A program made the position numbers and the translations under genes. A stretch of 64,000 bases of DNA from Dehalococcoidia bacterium (GTDB lineage: Bacteria; Chloroflexota; Dehalococcoidia; Lucifugimonadales; UBA3495). The notes under the pieces were generated by a model, which saw only the letters and a program-made list of their open reading frames with translations, was not told where the DNA came from and ran no database searches. Position 1 is the first letter of the stretch. Each line of letters starts with the position of its first letter. The stretch is from positions 50,219 through 114,218 of the forward strand of contig CBDANN010000005.1 in the NCBI GenBank assembly GCA_965197635.1, in the 5' to 3' direction. Below are positions 47,919 through 57,029 of the stretch, in pieces.

Positions 47919-49820
47919 TCAAGTAGGCGAACAGCTTGCTGCTCTGTGCGTCGGAGACCCACATGGTCTCGCCGTTGGACCAGATGGCATAGGGGTGGTG
48001 TTGTCGCTTGCCAGCGAGAATATCTCCTTGCTGGCGTCACGGGTTCTGGTCTCCATGCTGTAGGCGTATATCTCGGCGTCAGCCAGGTCTGCCACCCACA
48101 TGGTCTCGCCGTCCGACCAGATGCCTGTCGGGCCGGTGTTGGATGCGGCCGCCAGCGTGTCCGACGTGAAGTCCTTGGTGGAGTCCCGGGCCCCGGTGTC
48201 CAGGTCGTAGGCGTGTATGGAATCATCGGTATTGTCGGACAGCCACAGTGTCGTGTCGTCCGACCACATACCCCAAGGGCTGGTGGTTTCGTCCTGTTGG
48301 CGGTCACCGAGGGTGAAGTCATGTTCGGGAGTGCGTTCTTTGGTGCTGACGCTGTAGGCGTAGAGCGTCGCGTCGGCTGAATTAACCGTCCACAGGGTCG
48401 TTCCGTCGGTCCAGATGCCGTAGGAATGCGGTGTGTCGTCGCGGATGCTCGTGCCTTGGTCGGCGATGCTGTAGATGTCGTCAACCGCCTTCCAGGCGTA
48501 GTCGGCGTTCGATCCCCTGTTCAGCGTCAGGGTGTAGGTTTCGGTGCTGTCGTCTGCGGCGGTGACCGTGATGGTCACGTCGTTGGTCCCCGTGTCGAGG
48601 TCGACTTGGAAACCGTCAGCGGCGTCGTCCGCGTCGGCGCCGCTGATGGAGACGCTGGCGAAATTGTTCCTGGGTACTGCCTCGATGGTGACCTGGCTGG
48701 TGGTGTGCGGGAGCGCCTGCATGTAGGAGGCGCTGTCGGAGGGCAGGCTTCGGATGGCCTCCCCGTCCATGGTCAGGCGGCGCAGTGAGGTGTCGTCGGA
48801 TTCCGGCAGGTTGTAGGAGAACAGTTTTGGGCCTTGAAGGTCCGATGTCCAGATGATGGTTCCGTCGCCTAAGATGGCGAGTTCGTTATCGTCTAGGTCA
48901 TCTATGTCCTTGTCGGCATCATGTTCTCTGGTCACCATGTCGTAGGCGTATATTTTGGTATCCGCGCTGTCCATAATCCACATGGTCGTGCCGTCGGACC
49001 ATAGGTCAAATGGGCTGGTGTTGGCGGCGTCTCTGTCGTTGAACTCCTGGTCGGTATCAGGCCTGCCGGTAGCCAGGTTGTATGCGTACACTTTGTTGTT
49101 ACGCGCGCTGGCGACCCACATGGTCGTGCCGTCGGACCAGATGGCCGAGATGTGATTGTGGCCGTGTGAGTAGCTTAAGATGTCCCTGCTGGGTGTGCGC
49201 TGCTTGGTTTCCATGTTGAAGGCGTATAACGCATTGTTGATGAAGTGCGCTATCCAGATTGTCTCGCCGTCGGACCAGAAGTCGGTGAAAAGGTAGCTAT
49301 TACTCACGGTGATCTCGGATCTGCTCCATTCCTTGTCCCGGTCGCGCGCCATTGTGATCGCGTCATAGGCATAAATCTTCCAATCGGTTGCATCGCCAAC
49401 CCACATGGTGGTTCCGTTGGACCAGATGCCGGCCGGAGAATCGTTACCAGCCGCATCCAGGGTGTTGAAGTCGGCGGCGGCGTTCCATTCGTAGTCGGCG
49501 GTGGAACCCCGGTCGATGTGGACGGTGTAGGTCTTGTCGGTGCTGCCGTCCTCCGCGGTTACGGTGATCTCGACCTCGTTATCATCGCCGGCATCAAGGT
49601 CCACCTGGTGACCGGCGGTGTTGGTATCGGCGTCGGTGCTGGGGTCCGTGACCGCCCATGAGGCCGCGCTGTGTTCTGCGGTTGCGGCCACCGTCACTTG
49701 GGCGTCGGTCACTCCGAACCGGTAGGTGGTTCGTCTGGCGCTGAAATCGGGGATGGCGGTGCCGTCGATGGTTATGGACGTCAGGTTGGCGTTGGTGGAG
49801 GCGTCCTGCCGGGTCTCCTC
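47919..49820 (-). pseudogene. repeat protein fragment B (modules 1 and 2)
   Basis: In frame with fragment A across the TAG. Two beta-sandwich domains and nine repeats. Confidence 0.85.
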
Positions 49821-50332
49821 CTAGCCGGTTGGCGCTGGCTGCTCGTCCTCTTTTGGCGCGGTCTCCTCTTTTTCTTCCGGGGTTGGTTCCGGGGTTGGGG
49901 TCGGCGTCGGCGTTGGGGTCGGCGTTGGCTCCGGGTCTGCCGCCAGGGTCGTGACGTTCACGAAGTTGGAACGCGCTGATTGCCCGTCCTTCGAGGCGCG
50001 GATGCGGAACGCGTACCTGGTGCTCTTCTTCAGGTCTACGACCGTGTGGGAGCTGGCTCCGCGTCGATGCTCACCCAGGTGAATTGGCCCGGCGCCTGCT
50101 CGACTATGTCGCGGATGCCGACGTGTTGCTCCGCGCCCGATGTGCCGGGAGGCGTCCAGCTGAGTGAGACGGTGGTGCTCGTCCGGCCGGTGGACGTGAG
50201 GTTTGACGGGGCCTCCAGCGTCGACTGGGCCAGGGCCGTTCCGTCGGATGGCGCCGGCAGGGCAATGGCGATGATGGTGACGAGCACCGGCAGAACGGCC
50301 GCCAGACCGCATATCTTCCAGATGTTTATCAA
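49821..50332 (-). pseudogene. repeat protein fragment A (signal peptide, FN3, TP-rich linker)
   Basis: MINIWKICGLAAVLPVLVTIIAIALPAP, then SNLTSTGRTSTTVSLSWTPP...YAFRIRA with a 1-nt deletion near 50050. Ends TPTPTPTPTPTPEPTPEE...APTG-TAG. Confidence 0.8.
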
Positions 50333-50353
50333 GGGACTGTCTCTTTGAGTGGT

Positions 50354-50426
50354 GAAGGTCTATTTTACCTCACGGCCTGTAGGTCTGCACGGCCTGTAGG
50401 TCTGCCGGTCTTGAACGAAGGTCTAT
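50354..50426. promoter_or_regulatory. repeat cluster upstream of the giant gene: 17-bp tandem CACGGCCTGTAGGTCTG x2 flanked by GAAGGTCTAT x2
   Basis: Tandem copies at 50371-50387 and 50388-50404; GAAGGTCTAT at 50354-50363 and 50417-50426. Together this gives four AGGTCT boxes within 75 bp, 20-95 bp upstream of the ATG at 50332. Confidence 0.4.
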
Positions 50427-50554
50427 CCTGGCGAGTTCGGAGCGAGCCCCTCAAGCCGTGGGAGAAGAAGCCGTGGTGCAGGTGTATCTCCGCGTGGGCG
50501 GTCCGACGGACTCGGTGGTATATGGACCGCTGCGAGTTACCCGGCCGAGGAATC

Positions 50555-52136
50555 TCATTGTGGAGGCGAGTGAGGTGGGAGCCAGACATTGTAGTGGTGG
50601 TGGGCGTTGCGACCCGCCTGTTGGCGTTTCCACTCTGGATGTAAAACGATCCGGATGTCGGTTCGTATATCCGGAACCCGTGTGGACGCCGTGTTGGCAA
50701 TTTCGTTCAGTTTGGGTTCCAGACTGGTCCTGTGGTGAGAGTCTATCACCACCATGATGACAATGGGGTCTCCGAGGACGAACCCGGCGGCCCTGCCTCC
50801 AGACATGGCTACTCGTAACGGGAGCCGCCCTTTCGCGCCTCCAACGCCTCCCGGTGGGCTGCGACATGGCTACTCGTAACGGGAGCCGCCGCTCGAGGGT
50901 GTTCAGTGCCCGAACGTAATGCGTTAACCACGCGAGCTCTGATTCGCGCAACACTGGTGCAGGGCGGCGCACACCATCGTCAGGGATTACCACGAGATGT
51001 CCCGCGGCCGGGTTGTGGTCCTGCGGGATAGGGTTGGCCGCCACTCTACGCTCGTCGAGTTTCAGGAACCGGTTGGCAGGGTCGTGGTTCACGGCATCCT
51101 GGATAGTTCTTCGTTTGGCGTTGGTCGTCCGCTGTACTTGCGCGATTATGTCCTGCATGTCGGCCGGCCCGTGCTGCATCAGAAAAGCGTATATGAGGTC
51201 TCCGGTCCTGCCGCGCCGGCCAAGCATGTCCTGGGGCTCCAGCGACGTGTCCCATAGCTTCAGCCCGAAGGTTGAAAGTCCCTGCCAGGAGATTTCATCG
51301 GATTAGTACGCTGCTGCGCGGACGGCCTCGCTAATGTTGTAGTGAGGAGGCAGGAAGCGCCCTACCAGGCGTCGTATCTCCTCAGCGAGGTACGCCGTTG
51401 TATGTGGCCGATGGTCCCGGTTCAATATGCGCAGCATCGTGTTGGCGACGAGTTTTCTGACGCTGATGTGCTTACCCCAGGGTTGGTCCGGGTGGTAGAA
51501 CCCGTGCTCGCTTGGGAGAATATCCGCCACGCGATAGATGAAGAGAGGGAGGTCCAGTTGCGGCCAGTTGTTCAGGAGGTCTCTCCGGTGGCCAATGGAC
51601 TGAATGATACGCGCTGCACTTTGCGGTTCGTGTGATCGTGCCATATGGGCGGCGACGTCGGCGATCATAGAGTCAATCCCATGGCTCCGGGGGACCACGG
51701 GAGGCGAAGAGACGTAACCGGCCGCGCGGATAACCGGCAATGATCGCTGTGTCGCCGCACCCAACCTGATAAAGGCTCCCAGCGTGGCCTCCGAGTAGAG
51801 TGTTGGTCGGCGATGATGAAGATTGACGATGGCGGCGCGACCCATGATGCTGTTGGCACGCTGCACAGTCTCGGCCAGGGGGTTCCCGTATTGTTGGTCT
51901 GTTTGCGAGAGGGCGTCGATGATGCGGGCCAAGCGAGTTCGTACGGCGTTCGACGGTATGGTATGAACCGCGGCAATCGATCTGTCAGACATGGGCTTGT
52001 TGTCCTGGTCGCCTAGCTTGGCGTCGAGTAGGTCCGCCCACTGGACGTTGGTCCGCACCTGAGCGATGACGTTCCGGGCGTCTGTGAATAGCCTGGGGGC
52101 AACGATGGTATCGGATGTCCCCGATGTGTTTTGCAT
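50555..52136 (-). pseudogene. multi-wHTH (HARE-HTH-like) protein with possible C-terminal nuclease-like domain; in-frame TAA and 61-bp insertion
   Basis: ORFs 51303-52172 and 50451-51227 are in the same frame, separated by TAA at 51303-51305, which falls inside a wHTH unit (SEAVRAAAY*SDEISWQGLSTFGLKLW). A second unit reads LIYAFLMQHGPADMQDIIAQV...ANRFLKL. The frame is then broken by the 28/33/28 insertion. SD GGGAGA lies before the ATG at 52136. Confidence 0.6.
50802..50890. repeat. 28-bp perfect direct repeat separated by 33 bp
   Basis: GACATGGCTACTCGTAACGGGAGCCGCC at 50802-50829 and 50863-50890. The 61-bp period shifts the frame of the surrounding ORF. Confidence 0.85.
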
Positions 52137-52170
52137 GGTGATCTCCCATATGTAAGCCGTGGTAACTGCC

Positions 52171-52196
52171 AAAAAAGCCGTCCATGCGGACGGCCT
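52171..52196 (-). terminator. rho-independent terminator (minus strand)
   Basis: Minus-strand GCCGTCC-GCAT-GGACGGC followed by TTTTTT, just upstream of the 52136 start. Confidence 0.6.
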
Positions 52197-52625
52197 CCCC
52201 CTTTATTCGCGGTATATTTCTTCCAGTGTGCCGGAACCGATGCGCCGTTCTCATCGGCTGTTTGGGCGGCGAATGCCGTAGTCTTCGCGCCGCCGACGTG
52301 CTGTGATGCCCTGTAGTCTTATGCGGCGAACCTCGCCTGATGCGGCACTGAAACATGTGGTTTGGTCGCGTCCTTATCGACCAGAGGCAACTGAGTTCAG
52401 AAGGTTTCGCGCGGCGGCCTGGGTCTGTGGATGGTAGGCACGCGCAGTTTGGGAAATCGCGTTTGTCTGTGCTGGTTGCAGGAGGCGCACCGTATGAGGG
52501 CGTACTCAAACGAGCCTTGATTCACCGTATGCGGTGATTCTGCTTCCAGCACTGCGCTCACTGACGCGTTGGTTACGGCACTTACATCTTGCTGCCACAT
52601 TAGTCGTTATGCGCCATTAGGGTGC

Positions 52626-52656
52626 TTGACATGAGCGCGTAGAGTGTGCCTACAAT
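52626..52656 (+). promoter_or_regulatory. candidate promoter TTGACA - 19 bp - TACAAT
   Basis: Located about 110 bp upstream of the ATG at 52767, which has an SD (GGAGGA). Confidence 0.4.
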
Positions 52657-52766
52657 GGCGCCATGAAAAGCGCATGTGCGGTTTTCGAATCAGTGAATGG
52701 AAGGGTGTGGCTCACCGTGACGTTGGTCAATACCGCGAGTGCGAGCACGTTTCGGAGGATGATCTG

Positions 52767-53372
52767 ATGGTTGATTTGACATCGTCATTGGAGACGCTGG
52801 AGACGGAACTGCTGGAATTGAAGAGGCAGGCGAAAGAGGCAAAGCGCCAGGCGGCCGAAAAGGAACGCCAACTGGGCGAGCAGCTCCGGATCGTTAGGAC
52901 GGCCAAGCAAGAAGCCAGTGACTTGGTTCCAAGTTCGAACACGCCTAGCGGCTCAGGAACGCCGCGCCGTGCGGTGCCAACTAGAATCACTGACCCATCA
53001 GATGAAGACTATGGCTTCTTGTGGGCAGCGCAGGACCCGGAAAACGGGGAGCCGATTTACGATGTCCGCGTCGTGTCGGGATACAACTCGCACCGGGAGC
53101 GGGCACACGCCGCGGCCACAGTCTATGGCCATCAACTCCGCGAGCGTTCGCTCGCCGAGGCCATTTTTGCGAGCGGGGAAACCGGCGCCGTCGACGCGTC
53201 ATCAGCGAGGTCATCGCTGGGCAGCATCGTCAGATACGGAAGCGAATGGACGCGCTTAAACGGCTGGCTGTATTATTCGGGTGAGCTTGCGTGCGATGCG
53301 GACATGGTGTGCCTGTTATTGGGCGAAACGGCCGAGGGAGCGTACCTGGGCAATGAGGGTGATGGGGTCTAG
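52767..53372 (+). CDS. hypothetical protein with N-terminal coiled coil
   Basis: MVDLTSSLETLETELLELKRQAKEAKRQAAEKERQLGEQLRIV..., followed by a globular C-terminal region. No known family. Confidence 0.5.
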   Translation: MVDLTSSLETLETELLELKRQAKEAKRQAAEKERQLGEQLRIVRTAKQEASDLVPSSNTPSGSGTPRRAVPTRITDPSDEDYGFLWAAQDPENGEPIYDVRVVSGYNSHRERAHAAATVYGHQLRERSLAEAIFASGETGAVDASSARSSLGSIVRYGSEWTRLNGWLYYSGELACDADMVCLLLGETAEGAYLGNEGDGV

Positions 53373-53710
53373 ATTTGAGTGAAAGTGACGCCAATGAATC
53401 GCGGGGTGAATGGGTATGGGTTAGAATAGTTGTGCTAATATAAGCCACATAGGAAAAAAGAGATGGCCGACGCGGGTTTAGGGAACCGCGACGGCCGGAC
53501 GTAGAGCCCTCGAGCGAGCGGAGGCCTACAATGGCTACTATAACATACGATTTTTGGGCCGGATCCAGGTTGGAGTTGCCGTTCGGCGTGCTGTGCGTCG
53601 GACCCACGGCCCGTTCGGATCCTTAGACGATTGCCGCGACGTGCCAGCCGCATGGCTGGTGGCATCGCGGCTTTTCTTTTGGAACTGGAACATACCTGAG
53701 AGGGACAACG

Positions 53711-55517
53711 ATGAACGAAAAACGGAACAGGGCTGCGCAGTACTTGCGCAGCAGCGCCCACGATGAAGAGGGTGCGGCCAGTTTGCTTGAGGCGCAGGAA
53801 CGGTATTGCTTGGAATACGCCGATGAGGCTGGATTCGAGATTGATGCCGAGCACGTGTACCGGGAAGTCGGAAGTGGTTCCGGGTTGGACAGGCCCGCCC
53901 TTCAGGGACTACTGCAAGCTGCCGAAGACGGCCGGATCGAGGCTGTGATTGTGTACAACATGAGCCGGCTGTCTGGCGACCGGTCCGAGTTGCGAAGCTT
54001 GGTCCGAAAGCTGAATCAGGCTGGGGTGGTGGTCCTGAACGCGCACCTGCGCAGAAACGAAACGCGAGGAGGCAAGTGAGATGGTGATCAGAGCGGGCGC
54101 CGCCATGCGGGCCGACGAGTGGGGAGGGGGGCCGCGGGCGAGTGCCCACCCAGCCGCGGCCCCGGAACCGGACGAGCGGAAACTCGGCACGGTTGTTTGC
54201 AAGCATACGAAACAAGGGGGTGATTGGCAAATTGGATCGGAAGAGGCCCTGGACCCATCGCCGGGCCAGCGTGTACCTGGTCCACAAAGCGTGGCCGTTG
54301 AGGGCTGGATTGCCGGCGTGCCTGTGGTCGGCGGTGTGGCCGACAGCGGTTGGCTGGATTGCCCGGGCGGCCGGTTGAGGTTAGTGGTGACGTTCAAGGA
54401 CTGTGCTGACCAAAGGGAATGGGTCCGTGCCAGGGCGTACGGCGATGCTTACGCTCGGGAGGTGCTCGGTTAGGGCGGGCGTACCCGCTTGGATACGCCG
54501 TCGGCAGCGATGACAAACACGCTGCCGGCGGTGTTGCACAGCAACTGTACGAACATGGAGGTTGAGATGGCCGATAAGGAAGGAGAACGCGGGCCCCAAA
54601 TCGTGCGCCGGATCTTTGAACTCTACGCCACGGGCATGAGTGTACGCGCGATTCTTGAGCGGATAAACGGGGAAGATCCCGAGCCGGAAAATGGACGAAA
54701 TTGGGACAGCTTGGATTCAAGGAAAAAGCGGGTTGCGGCGCCTCGGGAGGACTGGACTGAGATAACTGGCTATACCGAGCCTCTTGTCTCAAAGGAGCTA
54801 TGGCAGAAGGCACAGGAACGCTTGGCGGCGGCGCAAGAGCGTTACGGCGGCAGAAACAAGCGTCGACACCTGCTGACAGGTATCGCGGTGTGCGGGCGTT
54901 GCAGCGGTTGGATCAGCTCAAATGGCGGTGAGGGAAGGCACAGGTATTATCGGTGCAACAGCCGGCACTCGAAGTATGTTCGAGGGGACGAGGAGAAGGA
55001 CTGCCGGGCACCGGGTATCCCTCTGGATTGGTTGGACGACCAGGTGTGGTCGTGTGTGAAGGCGATGGTGAGGGACCCAAGTGGGGTCATCGCGGACTTG
55101 GAGTTGAACTTCCGGACCGGCGCCGGGGAAATCGGGACGGAGATCGATCGTCTGAGTGGCGAAGTCACTAAAACGGAGCGGGAGGAGGTCCGGCTGGTCG
55201 GTCTTTACCGCCGCGGCACGATCCGGGTGGAATTGCTCGATGCCGAGATGGAGATGCTGACCGCCAAGTTAAAGGACCTGCGGCAGCGATTGGCGGCGTT
55301 GGAAGAACAACGTGGCAACGAAGAAAACGTGGTCGCTGCGGGTGATCGCATCCGCGACTATTGCGAGAAGGTGTCCGAGGGTTTGGGGGAACTGGACGCT
55401 GATGGGAAGCGGGCGTTGATGTTTCGCCTTGGGATCAAGGTCTCGGCAGTCCAGCGGGACGTGATGGTCACGGCGGAGATCGACTCGGGATTTATGGTAA
55501 ATGCGGACACTACTTGA
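53711..55517 (+). pseudogene. large serine recombinase, split into two ORFs around a non-canonical ~450-bp middle
   Basis: 53711-54079 is the resolvase catalytic domain (AAQYLRSSAHDEE..., VIVYNMSRLSGD). 54489-55517 is the recombinase/zinc-ribbon/coiled-coil part (IVRRIFELYATGMSVRAILERIN, CGRCSGW...YYRCNS, a long coiled coil). The link between them needs a frame change near 54050, and the recombinase domain looks shortened. Confidence 0.75.
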
Positions 55518-55657
55518 ACCACCTCAACAAAATGACCGACCAATTGGCGCACTTGCAGGCTGCAATCGCAGGCTGTAGCCAAACCCGTGTCGCTTACACC
55601 ATCCACGGGGCACCAACGGCGGCAATCGTTATCGACACAGGTAGTGTCCCGTCAATA

Positions 55658-57024
55658 GGTGTAAAAGCGCGTGATCCCTTTTGATGTTGATTAGGCCGCT
55701 GCGTCCCGCATGTTGGGCGTCGGCAGTGCCTCGTTGCCGACGGCGCTGGGGATGGTGAGGTAGCGGCGGGCTTCGGCCCACTCGTCGTGTTGCTCGGCCA
55801 GCACCGCGCCCACCAGGTGCCGCGCCGATAGCCGGTTGGGGAAGATGCCCACCACGTCAGTCCGGCGCCTTATCTCCCGGTTCAGCCGTTCCTGCGGGTT
55901 GTTGGACCACAGCTTCTGCCAGTGGGCCACTGGGAAGGCCGTGAAGGCCAGGATGTCCGGCGCGGCGTCCGCCAGCAGCTCGGCCACCTGGTGAAAGGGC
56001 TCCCGGAGTTGTTCCACCACTCGGTCCAATTGGCCGTGGACCTCGGCGGGAGACAGTTGCTGGTAGATGGTGCGCACCATGCGAGGAAGGTCCTGGGTAG
56101 CCACGCCAGGTTGGGCGCGCTGGGGCACTCGGGTGAGCAGGTTGGCCATGAAGTGGGTGCGGCAGCGCTGCCAGCTGGCTCCAGCAAAGACCGCGGCGAT
56201 GGCGTTCTTCAGCCCCTGGTGGGCATCGGAGGTAACCAGTTCCACCCCGCTGAGCCCCCGAGCGGTCAGCGACCGCAGGAAGGCCAGCCAGAACGCGCCG
56301 TCCTCGCTGGTCCCCACGTCCAGGCCCAGAATCTCACGCTGCCCTGCGGCATTGACCCCTGTCGCCACCACCACGCAGACGTTGACGATGCGACCGCCCT
56401 CACGCACCTTCTGGGTCAGGCTGTCCCGCCAGACGTAGGGGTAGGGACCACCGTCCAGGGGCCGACCCAGGAAACTCTCCACCACTTCGTCCAGTTGCTC
56501 GCAGCTGCGCGACACCTGGCTGCTGGAGATGCCGTCGCAACCCAGGGCCTTGATCAGGTCATCCACCCGACGGGTGGAGACTCCCGCCACGCCTGTCCTG
56601 AGCCTGCCGAAGGGTAGGCCTGCTGGATCACCGACAGCAGAGCCTTCTCGCTGCGCCGCCGTGGTTCCAGCAGGCTGGGGAAGTAGCTGCCTTCCCGCAG
56701 CTGGGGAATGTGCCACGCCATGGTGCCGACCCGGGTATCCCAGGTGCGGTTGCGGTAGCCGTTGCGGTAGGTGACCCGCTCTGGGCTGCGTTCGCCGTGC
56801 TCAGCGCCGATCTGGGCGGAAACCTCAGCGTCCATGATGCCGTCCACCAGGACCCGCAGTGCTTCCCGCAGCAAGTCCACGTCTCCGTCGATGCCGCGCT
56901 TGCGTAATAATTCCAAAAGATCCATGCTGTGTTTGACCACCGTCGTTCTCCTTGGTTGGGTTGTTGTGATTCCACAAGGATGACGCGGTGGTCAGCGTTT
57001 TGCCAACCGCCTAACTCTTACACC
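55658..57024 (-). mobile_element. IS256-family IS
   Basis: Ends GGTGTAAAAGCGC (55658-) and the reverse complement of CTCTTACACC (-57024). About 1.37 kb. The flanks show no matching 8-9-bp TSD. Confidence 0.8.
55691..56940 (-). pseudogene. IS256-family (Mutator-like) transposase, frame broken near 56600
   Basis: DLLREALRVLVDGIMDAEVSAQIGA...YRNGYRNRTWDTRVGT...REGSYFPSLLEPRRRSEKAL, then VSTRRVDDL...VWRDSL...LVTSDAHQGLKNAI...WQRCRTHFMAN...NPQERLNREIRRRT. About 27 extra nt (CCTTCGGCAGGCTCAGGACAGGCGTGG) sit at the break. Confidence 0.85.
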
Positions 57025-57029
57025 ACTTC

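Larger units (their letters stand above)
41020..50332 (-). pseudogene. giant modular secreted repeat protein (reconstructed ~2500 aa), disrupted
   Basis: Signal/anchor, FN3, TP linker, then 5 x (cadherin-like beta-sandwich + five WSDGxTMWV..KIYAY repeats), six FN3 in total, and a novel C-terminal domain. It is broken by IS701, a MITE, a TAG at 49821-49823 and four 1-nt frameshifts. See findings. Confidence 0.85.

Noticed and set aside
49821-49823. Stop-codon reassignment or programmed read-through as the explanation for the in-frame TAG, TAA and TAG
   Set aside because: The same codons terminate intact conserved genes in this window (TAG for rpe, slyD, MFS and the 27140 ORF). All three in-frame stops lie in otherwise decayed accessory genes.
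49875-49940. Tandem DNA repeat (GGCGTTGGGGTCGGCGTC-like units)
   Set aside because: It is the coding sequence of the TP-rich linker (TPTPTPTPTPTPEPTP) of the giant protein, not an independent satellite.
50802-50890. A possible miniature CRISPR array (28-bp repeat, 33-bp spacer)
   Set aside because: Only two repeat copies are present. There are no cas genes and no leader. The repeats lie inside, and explain a frameshift in, a protein-coding region.
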